A stretch of 64,000 bases of DNA from a virus, in IMG/VR virus record IMGVR_UViG_3300027712_000018. The stretch is one strand, 5' to 3'. The notes beneath the pieces were generated by a model. It was not told where the DNA came from, made no database searches, and saw only the letters and a list, made by a program, of their open reading frames with translations. Both the position numbers and the translations under genes were made by a program. Shown here piece by piece: positions 8,870-17,891 of this stretch (its first letter is position 1; every line of letters starts with the position of its first letter).

Positions 8870-9313
8870 CTATTCTTTAAGCAATTGAGGTTCTATCACA
8901 TTCCCAATAAGGATCTTGCGTTCCTTCTTGGCTTCGGGAAGGATGTTCTCTAGGAATACGTGTAACATACCCGAATTTAAATCAGCACCTTTCACTTCAA
9001 CAGTATCCGCCAAGGTGAACACACGGCTGAAAGCCCGTGATGCGATTCCTTTATGGACATATTTTCTGTCTTCTTTTTTAGGTTGTCCCACAATAGTTAA
9101 AGTGCTCTCCTTAAACGAGATGTCCAACTCATCAGAACTAAATCCCGCCACGGCAAGTTCAATAACATATTTGTCTTCATCGGTTTTTACGATGTTATAT
9201 GGGGGATAAGTTGATTGCGTAGTCTCAAGACCTGAGACTAACTTTTCAAATAGACGATCAAATCCGACAGTGGATGGTGAAAGTGCGTTATAAGATAGAT
9301 GGCTAGTATTCAT
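8870..9313 (-). CDS. hsp20: Small heat-shock protein (Hsp20/IbpA-like)
   Basis: YPPYNI, ELAVAGF and HKGIASRAFSRVFTL alpha-crystallin signatures. Confidence 0.95.
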   Translation of the reverse strand: MNTSHLSYNALSPSTVGFDRLFEKLVSGLETTQSTYPPYNIVKTDEDKYVIELAVAGFSSDELDISFKESTLTIVGQPKKEDRKYVHKGIASRAFSRVFTLADTVEVKGADLNSGMLHVFLENILPEAKKERKILIGNVIEPQLLKE

Positions 9314-9366
9314 TTGTTTCTCCTGTTAAGCGAGTTATAAATTACGAGTCCTCATATGAGCAACTC
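9314..9366 (-). promoter_or_regulatory. ROSE-like RNA thermometer in the hsp20 5' UTR
   Basis: CUCGCU-UAAC-AGGAG pairs a U(U/C)GCU motif over the SD; preceded by a GAGUUGCUC-AUAU-GAGGACUC hairpin. Confidence 0.6.
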
Positions 9367-9371
9367 AAAAT

Positions 9372-9400
9372 TATTTATATCACACAAGGGAAAATGTCAA
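9372..9400 (-). promoter_or_regulatory. Overlapping late (TATAAATA) and sigma70 (TTGACA) promoters for hsp20
   Basis: TTGACA at 9395-9400; TATAAATA at 9372-9379. Confidence 0.7.
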
Positions 9401-9793
9401 CTATTTTTTCTTGCCAATCGAATATTTTGCTACCAATTCCCACTCAGTTTTTTCCGAATGTGGAAGGACTTTGATCTGAGAGAGAGTCGCAATTGGGTCT
9501 TGAGTCTTCGACGTATCTATCACTCTAATCAAACCCCACTCTTCTAGTAGGTTGGCGATGGTATTACGGCGAGCTCTATCGTCTTCGCCAAAGTTATTGA
9601 TCTTGCCGTCTAGCATGAACAACTCTTTGAAATGGACAATATAATACTTGCCTTGTTTATGTAGGATATGGCAGGACTGATATAACTTCTTGTCCTTGCG
9701 AGATGCTATGCCAATACGTGTCAGAGTTTCTTTTACCTTTAAGAAGTTCTCTTCATTAGTCAATTCAATTTGAACTAAATCGTCTATTAACAT
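9401..9793 (-). CDS. regA: Translational repressor RegA
   Basis: FLKVKETLTRIGIAS and LYQSCHILHKQGKYYIVHFKE. Confidence 0.97.
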   Translation of the reverse strand: MLIDDLVQIELTNEENFLKVKETLTRIGIASRKDKKLYQSCHILHKQGKYYIVHFKELFMLDGKINNFGEDDRARRNTIANLLEEWGLIRVIDTSKTQDPIATLSQIKVLPHSEKTEWELVAKYSIGKKK

Positions 9794-9843
9794 GGCACAT
9801 ACCTTTTATTATTTCATATTACAATAGCCGCAGGGCTTTGAAA

Positions 9844-9851
9844 TATTTATA
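9844..9851 (-). promoter_or_regulatory. Late promoter upstream of regA
   Basis: Exact TATAAATA. Confidence 0.6.
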
Positions 9852-9858
9852 ATAAAAA

Positions 9859-10254
9859 CTACTTGGCAGGGCCACCAATGGTTGTGGTGGATCTGATCTG
9901 ATCCAATTGATCTTTAGTCAATAATGTAAGATATCCTTGTGCGACAGTTGGGCTGCAATTATACGTTTTCATGACCATGATCAAGTCGTCAGATTTTTTA
10001 TTTTTAACCCATTCAGAATATCGTTTACCTCGACGAATCGCATTAAGTAAGTATTCGTATTGAGGACGGTTGTCTATATCTGAGTTCATATTCATATCAT
10101 TAGCGTATAGAATAGTGTCAGGAAAATACGACAAGGCCAGATTGGTTAACCACGGACTATAGTCTTTCTCTGCAAAAGAGTCGTTCTCAGTGTCCCGCAT
10201 CATATTCTTCTTGCCATAATTGATGCTGTTCACATAATCAAATGGAGTCGTCAT
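9859..10254 (-). CDS. 62: Clamp loader small subunit (gp62)
   Basis: PFDYVNSIN...LSYFPDTILYANDMN...QYEYLLN; between gp44 and regA. Confidence 0.9.
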   Translation of the reverse strand: MTTPFDYVNSINYGKKNMMRDTENDSFAEKDYSPWLTNLALSYFPDTILYANDMNMNSDIDNRPQYEYLLNAIRRGKRYSEWVKNKKSDDLIMVMKTYNCSPTVAQGYLTLLTKDQLDQIRSTTTIGGPAK

Positions 10255-10459
10255 AATCATATCCCATATTTTTCTTGTCCAACTCATCAGCACACTTTAG
10301 ACAAATGATCGCCTTGCCTAATTGATGTTTACCCTTTTCGGTATATGAATATTGTATCTCTGCGCCATCACCCACGATCTTAACACCGCAGATGAAGCAT
10401 GTCAACGTTTTCAGGTCTCCGCCTAGGATTTTCCTTACATATTCAGATAACCAACTCAT
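10238..10459 (-). CDS. Small CxxC-CxxC zinc-finger-like protein
   Basis: CFIC...CLKC; ATGA-coupled to gp44. Confidence 0.65.
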   Translation of the reverse strand: MSWLSEYVRKILGGDLKTLTCFICGVKIVGDGAEIQYSYTEKGKHQLGKAIICLKCADELDKKNMGYDYDDSI

Positions 10460-11400
10460 TTCCAATCACACTCCGCCATAAGAGTTGCCAGTGCGGCAAC
10501 ACGGTTGATTTCGGCGTTGGCAACGAATGCTTCTTTGTATTGATACTCGGCCAATACGATAATAGCGCCCGCTACACTAGTCGTCGATTTGAGTTTTGTT
10601 GGCAGGACATCGTACAGATGGCGATATAGAAGACCCGAATCAATATCAGCATTCTCAGCCACCCACTTACGCATCTCAGTAAACTTCTTGTCTTTGAGGT
10701 AGGAGATAAGAGTGTTGATGTTCTCATCAGACAAGTTTGTTAGTACGCCAGCATCAATGCATCCAGTAGCAGAATAACGCTGTAACTCATTAAGGGCTCG
10801 ACGCCAGTCTGGGAAATGGACATTAATAAGTTCTGCAACGCTTGCTTTTTCATATTTGATGCCTTCACCATTAAGAATATCGCATATACGCTTATAGAAC
10901 TGTGCGGCAATCTTAGGCTTTTCAGTTTTGGGAATACCGAACTCAATGATAGAACAACGAGACTGAAGGGGTTCAATGATCTTGTTTTTAAAATTGCAAG
11001 TAAGAATGAAACCACAATTAGATGAATATTCCTCCATAAAATTCCGCAGCGCAGGCTGAACCGATTGTGCATTTAAATAATCTGCCTCATCAAGGATTAC
11101 ATACTTACGACCACCAGTAAACGATACTGTAGATGCAAAGTTATTGATTTCAACACGTAGAGTGTCGATCAAACGACCTTCATTAGATCCGTTGATCATC
11201 ATATAGTCAGCGCCAAGTTCGTTCAACATGGCCTTAGCGATGGTGGTCTTACCTACACCAGCACCACCCGATAACAGAAGGTTAGGTACATTCTTCTGAT
11301 CAACGAACTGTTGGAAAGTCTTCTTCAATTCAACAGGAAGGATCGTTTCCGCAATAGTCTTAGGACGGTATTTCTCTACCCACAAAAAATCTTCGTTCAT
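10456..11400 (-). CDS. 44: Clamp loader large subunit (gp44, AAA+)
   Basis: LWVEKYRP, GGAGVGKTT, DEAD and SRC motifs. Confidence 0.96.
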   Translation of the reverse strand: MNEDFLWVEKYRPKTIAETILPVELKKTFQQFVDQKNVPNLLLSGGAGVGKTTIAKAMLNELGADYMMINGSNEGRLIDTLRVEINNFASTVSFTGGRKYVILDEADYLNAQSVQPALRNFMEEYSSNCGFILTCNFKNKIIEPLQSRCSIIEFGIPKTEKPKIAAQFYKRICDILNGEGIKYEKASVAELINVHFPDWRRALNELQRYSATGCIDAGVLTNLSDENINTLISYLKDKKFTEMRKWVAENADIDSGLLYRHLYDVLPTKLKSTTSVAGAIIVLAEYQYKEAFVANAEINRVAALATLMAECDWK

Positions 11401-11428
11401 ATTCTCACCCTTGGTTTCCATCATCACA

Positions 11429-11466
11429 TCATATATGAAAAAGGCGGTCCTGTCAACCGCCTTTTC
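11429..11466 (-). terminator. Terminator hairpin containing the -35 box of a sigma70 promoter for gp44
   Basis: AAAAGGCGGT-TGACAGG-ACCGCCTTTTT; TTGACA-17 nt-TATGAT. Confidence 0.7.
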
Positions 11467-11471
11467 TAGTC

Positions 11472-11654
11472 TTAGCTAATTACTTCTGCTTCCGCAGGAG
11501 TCGCTTCAGTTGGTTCAAGTGACTGTAGATAAGCAGCCATCTTGTTACGAAGAGTGCCTACACCAGCAAGTTCCTCTCCTCGAAACGCACCACGTGCAGA
11601 ACACACGTCAATGATCTTGATCATATCACCGATATCGTTATTAGTTACTTCCAT
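11472..11654 (-). CDS. Small hypothetical protein downstream of gp45
   Basis: GGAGG RBS; IIDVCSARGAFRGEEL. Confidence 0.75.
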   Translation of the reverse strand: MEVTNNDIGDMIKIIDVCSARGAFRGEELAGVGTLRNKMAAYLQSLEPTEATPAEAEVIS

Positions 11655-11655
11655 A

Positions 11656-12315
11656 TTATCCTCCAAATTTACTATGTTTTTCAAGAGCGATCCAGTATTG
11701 GATCTTGTCAGATTTAAAATGAGCCATTCCCTTTGACGATAGAGTCACGTCATAGTTCTTTGGCATAAGCTTCAAGTTTTCAACCTTGATAATCATCTCA
11801 AAATGAGATTCTGATTCCCCAACAACAACATCAAAGGCATCTGCTGTAGGGTTTTTGCTGTCAATCGCAGCAAGACTTACGTTCTGACCATCACCCCGAA
11901 AGGCGATTTCAGATAGTTGAAGTACTGATGCTGCCCGAATAACCTTCTGAATGTCATCCCAATCAACCTTAACCTCGACATCAGGATTAGGAATAGGAAT
12001 GTCCTTATCGGGAGGCGAGATAATCATAGACTCAGCCGCATATGTATAGTTGACACGGGTGCGGTTTGATGAGATGGCAAACTTGTTTGCGTTGAACTCC
12101 ACCTCTGGACTATCAAACAGAGACAGAGTCGCCAAGAAACGAGATAGATCGTACACCGCCGCATTAGATGGAACAGTCTCATCAATGACTGCGGCCGACA
12201 TAACAGTTCTTAGAGGGGAGATGGTTCTCAGAATATTACCGGGTTTAAAGATTACGCTTGGGTTAATCCCCGAAAAGTTCTTGAGAACTGAAAGCGTATT
12301 TTCACTAAATTTCAT
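11656..12315 (-). CDS. 45: Sliding clamp (gp45)
   Basis: MKFSENTLSVLKNFSGIN...YWIALE. Confidence 0.95.
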   Translation of the reverse strand: MKFSENTLSVLKNFSGINPSVIFKPGNILRTISPLRTVMSAAVIDETVPSNAAVYDLSRFLATLSLFDSPEVEFNANKFAISSNRTRVNYTYAAESMIISPPDKDIPIPNPDVEVKVDWDDIQKVIRAASVLQLSEIAFRGDGQNVSLAAIDSKNPTADAFDVVVGESESHFEMIIKVENLKLMPKNYDVTLSSKGMAHFKSDKIQYWIALEKHSKFGG

Positions 12316-13259
12316 TATTTCATCCTTTTAAGTTTTTCAACCGCACGGCGTTGATTGCGGTTCATCGTAGATGCTGCAGTATCATTTACTGTATCACCTT
12401 CTTTGCCTTTTGTCAACCAACTTTTTTCATTCGATTCTGCCGATGCAGTAGGTGATGCTTGAATAGCAGCCATTGCTGCCAAACTACCACCGAACACATA
12501 TGATCCAACGTGTTCTAGTTGCATCCATGGACACATCCAAACTTTCAGTCCAGCTTTACGTGCATAGTAACTAAACATATAGTCTTCTGATAAGTAACGG
12601 CGGGTTTCGGGTTCAATGACGCAGTCAAAGAACGCTGTAATCTCACGTGTACCATCAAAGTGTTCTGTACGCACATGGTCGGGAAGATACTTGAGTTCAG
12701 GATAGGCGTCTGAGTACTTCAGTAGTGTCTCACGGTGGATCATCATGAAACCAGTACCGCCTTCACGAATCTCTACGGGTTCATCAATTCGGAATTCACT
12801 AACGTCACCAGCTGGGTTGAACACATAGTCACCAACGAAGTTCTGTAGGTTGAATGGGTTCTCTCTAGCGAAACCCTTCTCGACGGCCATCTTGATCTTT
12901 TCCCAAGAAATGGTTTTCTTTGGATATGGTCCTGTGACAACGTCCATACCCTTTGACGGCTCAGTAAGATGCATCAGAGTGAACACGTCTTTGTAATCAA
13001 AACCGATGTCTGAGTCAATGAACAACATATGACTGAAACCTGAACGAAGGAATTCGTCGGCGCAATAGTTACGAGCTCTAGTGATCAGCGATTCGTTGAA
13101 TAGATAGTAGAAACGAATTTCAATGCCATACTTGGTGCAAGCCATGGCTAGGTCGTTGGTTGACTTGGTATACATACCCGCACATTGTCCACCATACATT
13201 GGCGTAGCGACGAATAGTCTCTTACCTTTTAGGTCATCAACAGTAATATTAAGTTCCAT
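12315..13259 (-). CDS. GT-A fold glycosyltransferase-like protein
   Basis: LFVATPMYGG, ESLITRARN, FIDSDI (DxD), GTGFMMI and LSEDY motifs. Confidence 0.75.
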   Translation of the reverse strand: MELNITVDDLKGKRLFVATPMYGGQCAGMYTKSTNDLAMACTKYGIEIRFYYLFNESLITRARNYCADEFLRSGFSHMLFIDSDIGFDYKDVFTLMHLTEPSKGMDVVTGPYPKKTISWEKIKMAVEKGFARENPFNLQNFVGDYVFNPAGDVSEFRIDEPVEIREGGTGFMMIHRETLLKYSDAYPELKYLPDHVRTEHFDGTREITAFFDCVIEPETRRYLSEDYMFSYYARKAGLKVWMCPWMQLEHVGSYVFGGSLAAMAAIQASPTASAESNEKSWLTKGKEGDTVNDTAASTMNRNQRRAVEKLKRMK

Positions 13260-13680
13260 TATTTCTCTCTTTCACATTCTCAAGTTGTTGTTTCATCCAT
13301 TTAGCGCATTCTTTAGCTGTGAGAGCGTCTCCCAATGGTGTTCGAAGTCTATCGTCTTCACCAATGTTCCTAACGACTGAGGCAGCCAACATCATAGCAG
13401 AAGCCATGATCATACACATCTGATGCAAACCTGAACCATCTTCACCATCATCATAATCGTGTCTTCGTTCAAAATCATCAATGTGTCTTTTCAGACTGTC
13501 AATCATCTGTTGCCATGGTAGACCTTTTTCCCAATTCCTTGGGGCATACTTCATGGCTCCATACTCAAGTGCGGTTGCACCAGCAGCAAGTGCCTCTAAC
13601 GGCAGTTGTCTGAAATATGGAACGCCTAAGGCCTCACGCATAGCGCCAGTCTTAGAGGCATCATATTTTTGTTCTGTCAT
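13249..13680 (-). CDS. dATP/dGTP diphosphohydrolase-like protein (DUF5664-like)
   Basis: GAMKYAPRNWEKG...SLKRHI...EDGSGLHQM. Confidence 0.75.
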   Translation of the reverse strand: MTEQKYDASKTGAMREALGVPYFRQLPLEALAAGATALEYGAMKYAPRNWEKGLPWQQMIDSLKRHIDDFERRHDYDDGEDGSGLHQMCMIMASAMMLAASVVRNIGEDDRLRTPLGDALTAKECAKWMKQQLENVKERNNGT

Positions 13681-13698
13681 CTATTTATATCTCCAAAA

Positions 13699-14070
13699 TC
13701 AAGGTTTGGTAAGAAATGGTGCAAGTTGTGGCGGTTGCCAACCTTCTGGCTTGAGGATCTTGCCATCTTCACGCTTACGAACAGCCCCTGTTTCAGGATC
13801 AATCTTAGCGAAGTTTGTTTTCATAACCTCATTCCACGCACCTTCGGCATCATAACCCATAGCATTAGCAGCACCGATAGTAACCACTAAGATGTCAATG
13901 ATTGCATCCAAGGTTTCGACTTCATCTTTTGCCTTTACGGCATCACGAAGTTCTTTATACTCTTCTTTAATTAAAGATAGGTACATCTTGAAAAGATTTG
14001 AGTTCTTTGTATCGACTGATTGACCACAAGCAGTCATAAATGTCAAAGAGTCTTTAAATGGGTTAGTCAT
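13699..14070 (-). CDS. MazG-like / PRA-PH all-alpha NTP pyrophosphohydrolase
   Basis: LIKEEYKEL...ETLDAIIDILVV...NFAK...REDGKILKPEGW. Confidence 0.85.
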   Translation of the reverse strand: MTNPFKDSLTFMTACGQSVDTKNSNLFKMYLSLIKEEYKELRDAVKAKDEVETLDAIIDILVVTIGAANAMGYDAEGAWNEVMKTNFAKIDPETGAVRKREDGKILKPEGWQPPQLAPFLTKP

Positions 14071-14104
14071 TGTCTATCCTTGGTTAGAGTTAACGTTTTA
14101 ATAA

Positions 14105-15814
14105 TCAAGCAGATCTTCTACTGAAGTTTTTGTATTTCTCAAACTTAATTACGTTCTCGAATTTGTCATACAGTTGATCGCCCTTATGACTGATAATAAA
14201 CACATTTGAGTCAGTTGTCAACTCATTAATGATTTTAAGGAACTCTTCTGTCCCCGCATTGTCCAAAGAACTGTCCATGATTTCATCCATGATCAACAGG
14301 TTGGTGGTAACAGAGTTACGCAGTTTTGACACCGCACGCCATGTGAACAACAGAGCCAAGTCGATACGTAGTTTCTCGCCTTCTGAAAACGATCCATAGG
14401 AGAACACATCACGGAAGCGTGACTTAATCGTCTCTTCGAAGTTGTCGTCTAGTTCGAACTGAACAAAGAAGTCCATGGCCGACAGATACTTGTTGATCAG
14501 TTTGTTCATAACTGGCACATACTGACGAATGATACGGGTCTTGATACCACCATCCTTAAGCATAGACCCTACAACACCCAACGTCTCACGGTCTTGGTGT
14601 AGTTGTTCTTGTTTTGTGTGATGAGCTCGTAAATCTTCCTCAAGTTTACCAATCTTAGTGATGTCAATAGTTTCGACTTCTTTCTCAGCATTCTGTAGTT
14701 CGGATTTCATACTGTTTAGAACGTTTTTTGTCAGAGTGATATTGGCTCTGTGACCAGACGCAGTTAGGTTGAGTGCAGAGATTTCATCCTCAACATCCGA
14801 TATCGCCGACAGTCTTACTTCGCATTCGGAAATTTTGTTTGCAATCTCATCTCTTCCATCTGTGATTTGCTTAGACTTGACTTGGTGACCATCAACTGTA
14901 CTGTGCTTAAAGTCGTGTTCAATTCCTTGTTTACAGGTTGGGCAGTTGTCGTGGCTTTCATAGAAACTAATCTCCTTGTTGAGTTGTGACAGTTTGGTCA
15001 CGAGTTTCTGATCAATCGACTGAAGCTCTTGCAGTTTCTTCTTGTATGTCGGTTTGTCGGTGATGCTGGCCGCCAGTACGTCAATCTGTTCACCGATCAC
15101 TTCAAGCTTATTATTCTCTTCTTCAATGAACGATATCTGTTCTTTCATTTTGTCTTTGATGCGGGAAACCTCAGTCTCTTTCATTTTACGAATGGATTCG
15201 TTATGGGTCTTGGCTAGGTCAATGTTGTTCTTGACCATGTCAATCTCATACTTGATGTCGGTAATCTCACTCTTGTTGGTAGACAGTTTGTCTTTTAACA
15301 ACACATTCATAGTGCTGAAGATCTGAATGTCCAACAGGTCTTCAATGATTTCACGACGATGTTGAGCTGGTAATTGCATGAAAGGCACGAAGGTAGAACT
15401 ACCCAGCACCACAATCTGACCAAACGATTTGAAGTTCATTTTGAGAATGTTCTGTTCAAGGTATGCTTGATAGTCCCTTGCAGCAGCATCTTGGTTAAGT
15501 AACTCACCATTCTTCCAAATCTCGAAGAGGTTCGGCTTCATACCCCGCTTGACAACATACTTATTGGCCGCAATGTCAAACGACACTTCGACTTCAAGAC
15601 CTTTTTGGTTGATGGAGTTTATGAGCTGGGGTTTGTTGATCTTGCGGAATGGCTTGCCATATAAGGCAAAGCAGATGGCGTCCAACATTGTGGACTTACC
15701 AGCACCATTCTCGCCAACAATCAGGGTGGACTTGTTGGTATTAAGATCAATCTGAGTCCACGTATTACCAGTTGATAGGATGTTCTTAAAACGCACATAG
15801 TTAAAAGTAATCAC
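14105..15814 (-). CDS. 46: Recombination endonuclease ATPase subunit (gp46, Rad50/SbcC-like)
   Basis: GENGAGKS, CPTC hook, FSEGEK and LIMDE motifs. Confidence 0.96.
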   Translation of the reverse strand: MITFNYVRFKNILSTGNTWTQIDLNTNKSTLIVGENGAGKSTMLDAICFALYGKPFRKINKPQLINSINQKGLEVEVSFDIAANKYVVKRGMKPNLFEIWKNGELLNQDAAARDYQAYLEQNILKMNFKSFGQIVVLGSSTFVPFMQLPAQHRREIIEDLLDIQIFSTMNVLLKDKLSTNKSEITDIKYEIDMVKNNIDLAKTHNESIRKMKETEVSRIKDKMKEQISFIEEENNKLEVIGEQIDVLAASITDKPTYKKKLQELQSIDQKLVTKLSQLNKEISFYESHDNCPTCKQGIEHDFKHSTVDGHQVKSKQITDGRDEIANKISECEVRLSAISDVEDEISALNLTASGHRANITLTKNVLNSMKSELQNAEKEVETIDITKIGKLEEDLRAHHTKQEQLHQDRETLGVVGSMLKDGGIKTRIIRQYVPVMNKLINKYLSAMDFFVQFELDDNFEETIKSRFRDVFSYGSFSEGEKLRIDLALLFTWRAVSKLRNSVTTNLLIMDEIMDSSLDNAGTEEFLKIINELTTDSNVFIISHKGDQLYDKFENVIKFEKYKNFSRRSA

Positions 15815-16875
15815 AGGTTAACAGCCTCTTGATATAACTCACGAATGAAATGTTCGACACGCTTCTTGTCGCCTCTGAACTCAATAGTCTCAATATACTT
15901 GTTCATGATAGTCAACGTATCCTGTGCTTCGTCAACGATAGAATCGTCAGCCAAGTCTAGGTTCAGGTGATCGTCAACGACCTTGATGTCCGCCGCACCC
16001 GACTGTTGCAGTTTGTCAATGAATAGGTCAAACAGATATGGGTTGGTTTTCTCTTTGACTATAACCTTGATGTACGTGCCTGTCAAGCCATTTGTTTCCA
16101 AATGACCGATATCTTCAATCGTCATGTCGGCGTCTGAGTATTCGATCTTGTGGAAGATGGAGTATGGGTTACGGACGAAGGTGATTGCCCTCGTCTCAGT
16201 GTCGAAGATATGGAAGCCACGGGGGTCTCCGTAGTCGTTCCACGTCATCTCATACGGTGATCCTAGGTAGGCGATGTTACCATGTGTTGACTTGTGATGG
16301 AAGTGACCAGAACAAACCAAGTCGAACTTGGCGAACGTATCCGCAGTCTGACCATGGTCGCAGATAGATCCCCGATGCATCTCGAATCCTTGGAGTTCTA
16401 AGTGACCCATCAGAACACGGGCATCTGTCTCTTCAATGGCCTTCATGGTGTCTGCGTAATTGTCTTCGCAAATCCATGGACATAGGAGAATCTTTAGGCC
16501 ATCATATGCGACCTCAATAGGTTTATCCCACCAAATTTGAAACGATGTTGGGTCAATGTTGGAGAACAACTCGTTGATACCGTTGACGTTGTTCGTGTTT
16601 TTATAGTAAGTGTCATGGTTGCCAACGATGATGTTGACAGCAATACGTTCGTTTAGTAACGGAAGGATGAAGTTATCCTTAACGTTCTTCAGCGTCACGT
16701 AGTTGACATATTTACGACGATCCATCAAGTCGCCAAGATGGATCACCTCTGTGATTCGATTCTCTTTCAGATAAGGTAGAAAGACCTCATAAAAGAACTT
16801 GTTTTGGAAGCCGGCAAACGTCACACTATCATTTCTGACACCATAGTGAGTGTCAGTGATCAAAGCAATCTTCAT
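15811..16875 (-). CDS. 47: Recombination endonuclease subunit (gp47, Mre11-like)
   Basis: DTHYG, HLGD, GNHD and SGHFH motifs. Confidence 0.96.
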   Translation of the reverse strand: MKIALITDTHYGVRNDSVTFAGFQNKFFYEVFLPYLKENRITEVIHLGDLMDRRKYVNYVTLKNVKDNFILPLLNERIAVNIIVGNHDTYYKNTNNVNGINELFSNIDPTSFQIWWDKPIEVAYDGLKILLCPWICEDNYADTMKAIEETDARVLMGHLELQGFEMHRGSICDHGQTADTFAKFDLVCSGHFHHKSTHGNIAYLGSPYEMTWNDYGDPRGFHIFDTETRAITFVRNPYSIFHKIEYSDADMTIEDIGHLETNGLTGTYIKVIVKEKTNPYLFDLFIDKLQQSGAADIKVVDDHLNLDLADDSIVDEAQDTLTIMNKYIETIEFRGDKKRVEHFIRELYQEAVNL

Positions 16876-16881
16876 ATTATA

Positions 16882-17442
16882 TCATTCCTCGTAGAACTGT
16901 TCAAGCCCCTGATCTTTTTTCTTTTCTTTTAGAATCTTCTTCTTCTCTAAGGTGTTCTCATAGTTTCTAACGAAGTCTGACATATAGTCATTCGATAGGT
17001 CTACGTATCCAGCTTCACCCGAATCACCATCATTCTTCTCGAACATAGTGCCAGTAAGCATGGAATTCTCCACAACCTTGTGCTTAATATACATCTGTTT
17101 CTTCTCTTTGTCAATCCTTCTCAGGAAGGCAAACCAAATGATTTGAGTGAAGTATGCGAAGGGGTTACTTCCTTTGTCGGGGTCAAAGTTCCCTAGAGCC
17201 TGAATGGCATTCTCTAAACCATCAGATATCATGTCGTCTTTGTATGTGTAACCTGAAAAGTTGGGTCTTGACGCACATCTTGTGGCAATCTTATAGATGC
17301 ATTCACCGATGAAATTTGGAATCTTTGGGTTGGGTTCTCCACTGTTCTCTGCTTCCATACAGAGTTTTTTGTAATCTGAAATAGCTTTCAGAAAGTCTTG
17401 ATTGTTAACATAATGTACTTTTTCACGGGGTGATATCGCCAT
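16882..17442 (-). CDS. 55: Late-transcription sigma factor (gp55)
   Basis: HYVNN, RPNFSGYTYKDDMISDG and NPFAYFTQI. Confidence 0.96.
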   Translation of the reverse strand: MAISPREKVHYVNNQDFLKAISDYKKLCMEAENSGEPNPKIPNFIGECIYKIATRCASRPNFSGYTYKDDMISDGLENAIQALGNFDPDKGSNPFAYFTQIIWFAFLRRIDKEKKQMYIKHKVVENSMLTGTMFEKNDGDSGEAGYVDLSNDYMSDFVRNYENTLEKKKILKEKKKDQGLEQFYEE

Positions 17443-17465
17443 AATAAATTCCTTCTATTAGTTTC

Positions 17466-17494
17466 AATATATCATAATCATTTACCTTTGTCAA
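17466..17494 (-). promoter_or_regulatory. Sigma70-type promoter for gp55
   Basis: TTGACA-17 nt-TATATT. Confidence 0.75.
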
Positions 17495-17507
17495 CACTAT
17501 TTTTTAC

Positions 17508-17536
17508 TTGACAACACCCAAAAGTATGTGTATAAT
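17508..17536 (+). promoter_or_regulatory. Perfect-consensus sigma70 promoter pointing antisense into the 110-aa gene and uvsW
   Basis: TTGACA-17 nt-TATAAT with TG just upstream of the -10. Confidence 0.75.
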
Positions 17537-17557
17537 AAGCTTATGGTAATGAATATA

Positions 17558-17890
17558 TTAGTGCTTTATATTAGATCTAGATTCTAACATAGCATCTAAG
17601 ACAGTCTTAAGATCATGATGACTATCCTCTTTAGAACTATGTTTACCCATGAACTGATTATAGAACTCTGTAGCCTTAGAAGAGCTCTTCTGAATGAAGA
17701 AGATGTCTGATTGACATAGTTCAATCTTAGTACTGTCTGATAGTAACAACCAATCAATCCCGTATATACCATGATTAGGATCAAATCCAAATTGGACAGG
17801 ATCTTTAATGGTGACATATCCTAAATCATTCTTAACTATAAAAGCAATCAGATCAGTCCCGTTCTTAAGTTTGACATGCATTAGTTCCAT
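17558..17890 (-). CDS. Hypothetical protein downstream of uvsW
   Basis: 110-aa ORF; VKLKNGTDLIA N-terminus; conserved position between uvsW and gp55. Confidence 0.75.
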   Translation of the reverse strand: MELMHVKLKNGTDLIAFIVKNDLGYVTIKDPVQFGFDPNHGIYGIDWLLLSDSTKIELCQSDIFFIQKSSSKATEFYNQFMGKHSSKEDSHHDLKTVLDAMLESRSNIKH

Positions 17891-17891
17891 G

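Noticed and set aside
13249-13680. Calling this a Z-genome (2-aminoadenine) phage
   Set aside because: No purZ in the window; the hydrolase family alone is not diagnostic.
13682-13689. TATAAATA immediately before the DUF5664-like start codon
   Set aside because: It lies in the RBS-ATG spacer, so a transcript would start at or after the ATG; probably coincidental.
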